This document shows positions 62,176-64,000 of a DNA stretch of 64,000 nt, one piece after another. The stretch's first letter is position 1; each line of letters begins with the position of its first letter. The translations under genes and the position numbers were made by a program. The notes under the pieces were generated by a model. The model worked only from the letters and a program-made list of their open reading frames with translations, had not been told where the DNA came from and searched no databases. The stretch is from Asterias rubens (lineage: Eukaryota), in the NCBI RefSeq assembly GCF_902459465.1, contig NC_047062.1, forward strand, positions 17,670,001 to 17,734,000, given 5' to 3'.

Positions 62176-62435
62176 TAGAAACCTGTATAGTTTAATTCAA
62201 GTGTCCAACAAGTATGCAAAAAGAGAAAACACAAATCAGAAACAAATACGAAATCCATCAATAAGTTCATTAGAAACCTGCAAAACATAACAAAGACACA
62301 ATCGGGCATCTGACATAACAAAGTCTAATGGTTGTGTACAATTAACGGCTTCAGAAGTGGCTATGGCCAAATCACTGAAGGACCAACTCTTAAACACTGC
62401 CTCAGCAGCCACTAGCCACTGCCACAGCCACTGAT

Positions 62436-63873
62436 TCAGACATCCTTACCTGCATCATAATCAAACAGTTGTTCCTCCAACTTCCTGATATGACCTTTGC
62501 GGAAGTACATGTAGGATACGACCCCTAGGGCAAGAGTCAAAATGGCAAAGATTCCTAGAGAGACTTGGGTGAATGGTTTCTCAACCACCGCTCCGGGAAG
62601 ACCATAAACCTCCACCGCAAACCTCGTCTGTAGATGGCAAAAGCTGTCATGGTATCAATGAAACAAACAGATAGATGTTTTTTATATTACTTCAAAACAT
62701 GGTTTGGTTCCGAGAATACCCTGTGGAAGATTTTTTTTATCTGTAATCCTATGAGGGATCTTGTAAAGTTTCCACCCCTTCTAAAGTATCCATACCTTTT
62801 AAAGTTTCCAACCATTCTAAAGTTCCAACCATTTTAAAGTTTCCAACCTTTTAAAAGTTTCTAACCCTTCTAAAGTTCCCAACCCTTTCAAAGTTTCAAA
62901 ACCTTTTAGTTTTCAACCCTTTTGACCTTTCTAATCCTTTTAAAGTGTTCCACCCTTTTAAAGTGTTCAACCCTTTTAAAGTGTTCAACCCTTTTAAAGT
63001 TAGAACAATGTCAGCCCCTGCAATATTTTCCTGCTAACTTTTGAAATAAGCTTATGCTTAGGACTAAGCAAATTTGTTCAGCTATAGTTCGCACACAAAT
63101 GTGCTAACTGGTAAGCAGATATATAAAATTAACTACTGGGATCTAGATGATGGCAGTTCAGTAGACTGTGTACGCCTCACAACAAATAGTTTTGGAACCA
63201 CTGTTCCAATACACACAAGACTTGCACATAGTCTGTACTCGAGTCCTAATGTTTGAATACGTGCAATACATGCACAGTCTGTTTCCATGCATTACCTAAA
63301 CTTAGGATCCACAACTGTAGCTGTGAATTGATAGATGCTAGTATTTCTCGTTGTACTCCATTTGATTGAAGACACTCCAGTGTTATTCAGGACCTGGTAG
63401 CTCTGGGTCCGAAGATCGGCAGCATTGGTGCTTACATTCACTGTAAAACAACTCTTATAATTCTGGGGGAAAAAAACATGAACAAAAAGTGGGGGAAATG
63501 TAATGGTTAAATAACAGTACAAGGGATAAATAGGCATGATATTCGGCCTTTCAAAAAGGTTGGAACATTTTATCCAATACAAGAGCTAACTTATATGTAC
63601 ACATGGTGAAGTCCTAATTAATAACAGTTTTTCTAGTTATTCCCAAGGGCAAAACAAAAATACAAATTCAGACTGAAGGAAATAAAATCATGCATGATCA
63701 AATGACCAGAATTTAAGATGTAATATGCAAGAGAAACTGTGACCCATTAGAAACCTAAAGAGCTAAGGGAAGGAAAGCCTTACATGAGGACCCCACAACG
63801 GGGATGATGATGTCATGTTGTGACTCCCATTGATCATTGATGACCAGGTCTGGGCTAAAGATTGACATCCAGC
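62436..63873 (-). CDS. 3' part of a CatSper auxiliary subunit delta/epsilon-like protein (gene continues beyond the window)
   Basis: Exons (-) 63873-63784, 63462-63296, 62643-62436, phases consistent: AGCQSLAQTWSSM...LWGPH-NYKSCF...YQFTATVVDPKF-SFCHLQTRFAVEVYG...TM(VSLGIFAILTLALGVVSYMYF)RKG...*. This matches my recollection of the CATSPERD/E C-terminal pattern (AQTW..M, WGP.NY..CF, DP.YS(F/Y)C.L...F.I..(F/Y)G, then one TM helix). Confidence 0.75.
62760..63000. repeat. About 19-bp degenerate minisatellite (AAAGTTTCCAACCCTTTT-like)
   Basis: Tandem units in the last intron of the delta/epsilon-like gene. Confidence 0.85.
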
Positions 63874-64000
63874 CTGGATAAAACAATTAACAAGAAAATA
63901 GTCAATAGTAATTGTTGGAAAATGATTGCACCTGCTTTGAAAACTGCTCCTGCGCCCAATATCATAGAGCTGCTCAACCACAAAAAGCCGCTAAGCAGAA

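Noticed and set aside
62691-62720. 30-nt in-frame micro-exon in the delta/epsilon-like gene
   Set aside because: It would interrupt the conserved DP.(F/Y)SFC motif that forms on direct splicing of 63296 to 62643.

Overview
Eukaryotic, intron-rich, AT-rich animal genomic DNA. It is most likely an echinoderm such as a sea star (my inference from gene content and repeat style). The supplied ORF track is mostly uninformative, so I built gene models by hand from splice sites, exon phases and recalled protein-family motifs; no database search was run. Four genes are supported: (1) a + strand SLC7 (LAT/y+LAT/xCT-family) amino-acid transporter light chain, 13722-28737, 509 aa, with a probable alternative first coding exon at 7698-7790; (2) alpha-SNAP (NAPA) on the - strand, 37117-46167, 292 aa; (3) a CatSper1-like sperm Ca2+ channel pore subunit on the + strand, 47109-60118, about 465 aa, head-to-head with NAPA; (4) the 3' end of a CatSper delta/epsilon-like auxiliary subunit on the - strand, 62436 to beyond 63873, convergent with CatSper1. 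The headline observation is an array of four paralogous 104-nt exons in the SLC7 gene, each encoding the TM8 helix that lines the substrate pocket. This is the architecture of a mutually exclusive exon cassette that could switch substrate specificity. Other notable items: a U12-type minor intron in CatSper1 holding most of a cluster of nine tRNA-Gln/Arg genes and pseudogenes; an RTE retrotransposon inserted with a target-site duplication right at a tRNA gene start; and a foldback element with TSDs and a Penelope-type hammerhead-ribozyme-like motif. The rest is MITEs, tRNA-derived SINEs and minisatellites. I see no rRNA or CRISPR array.
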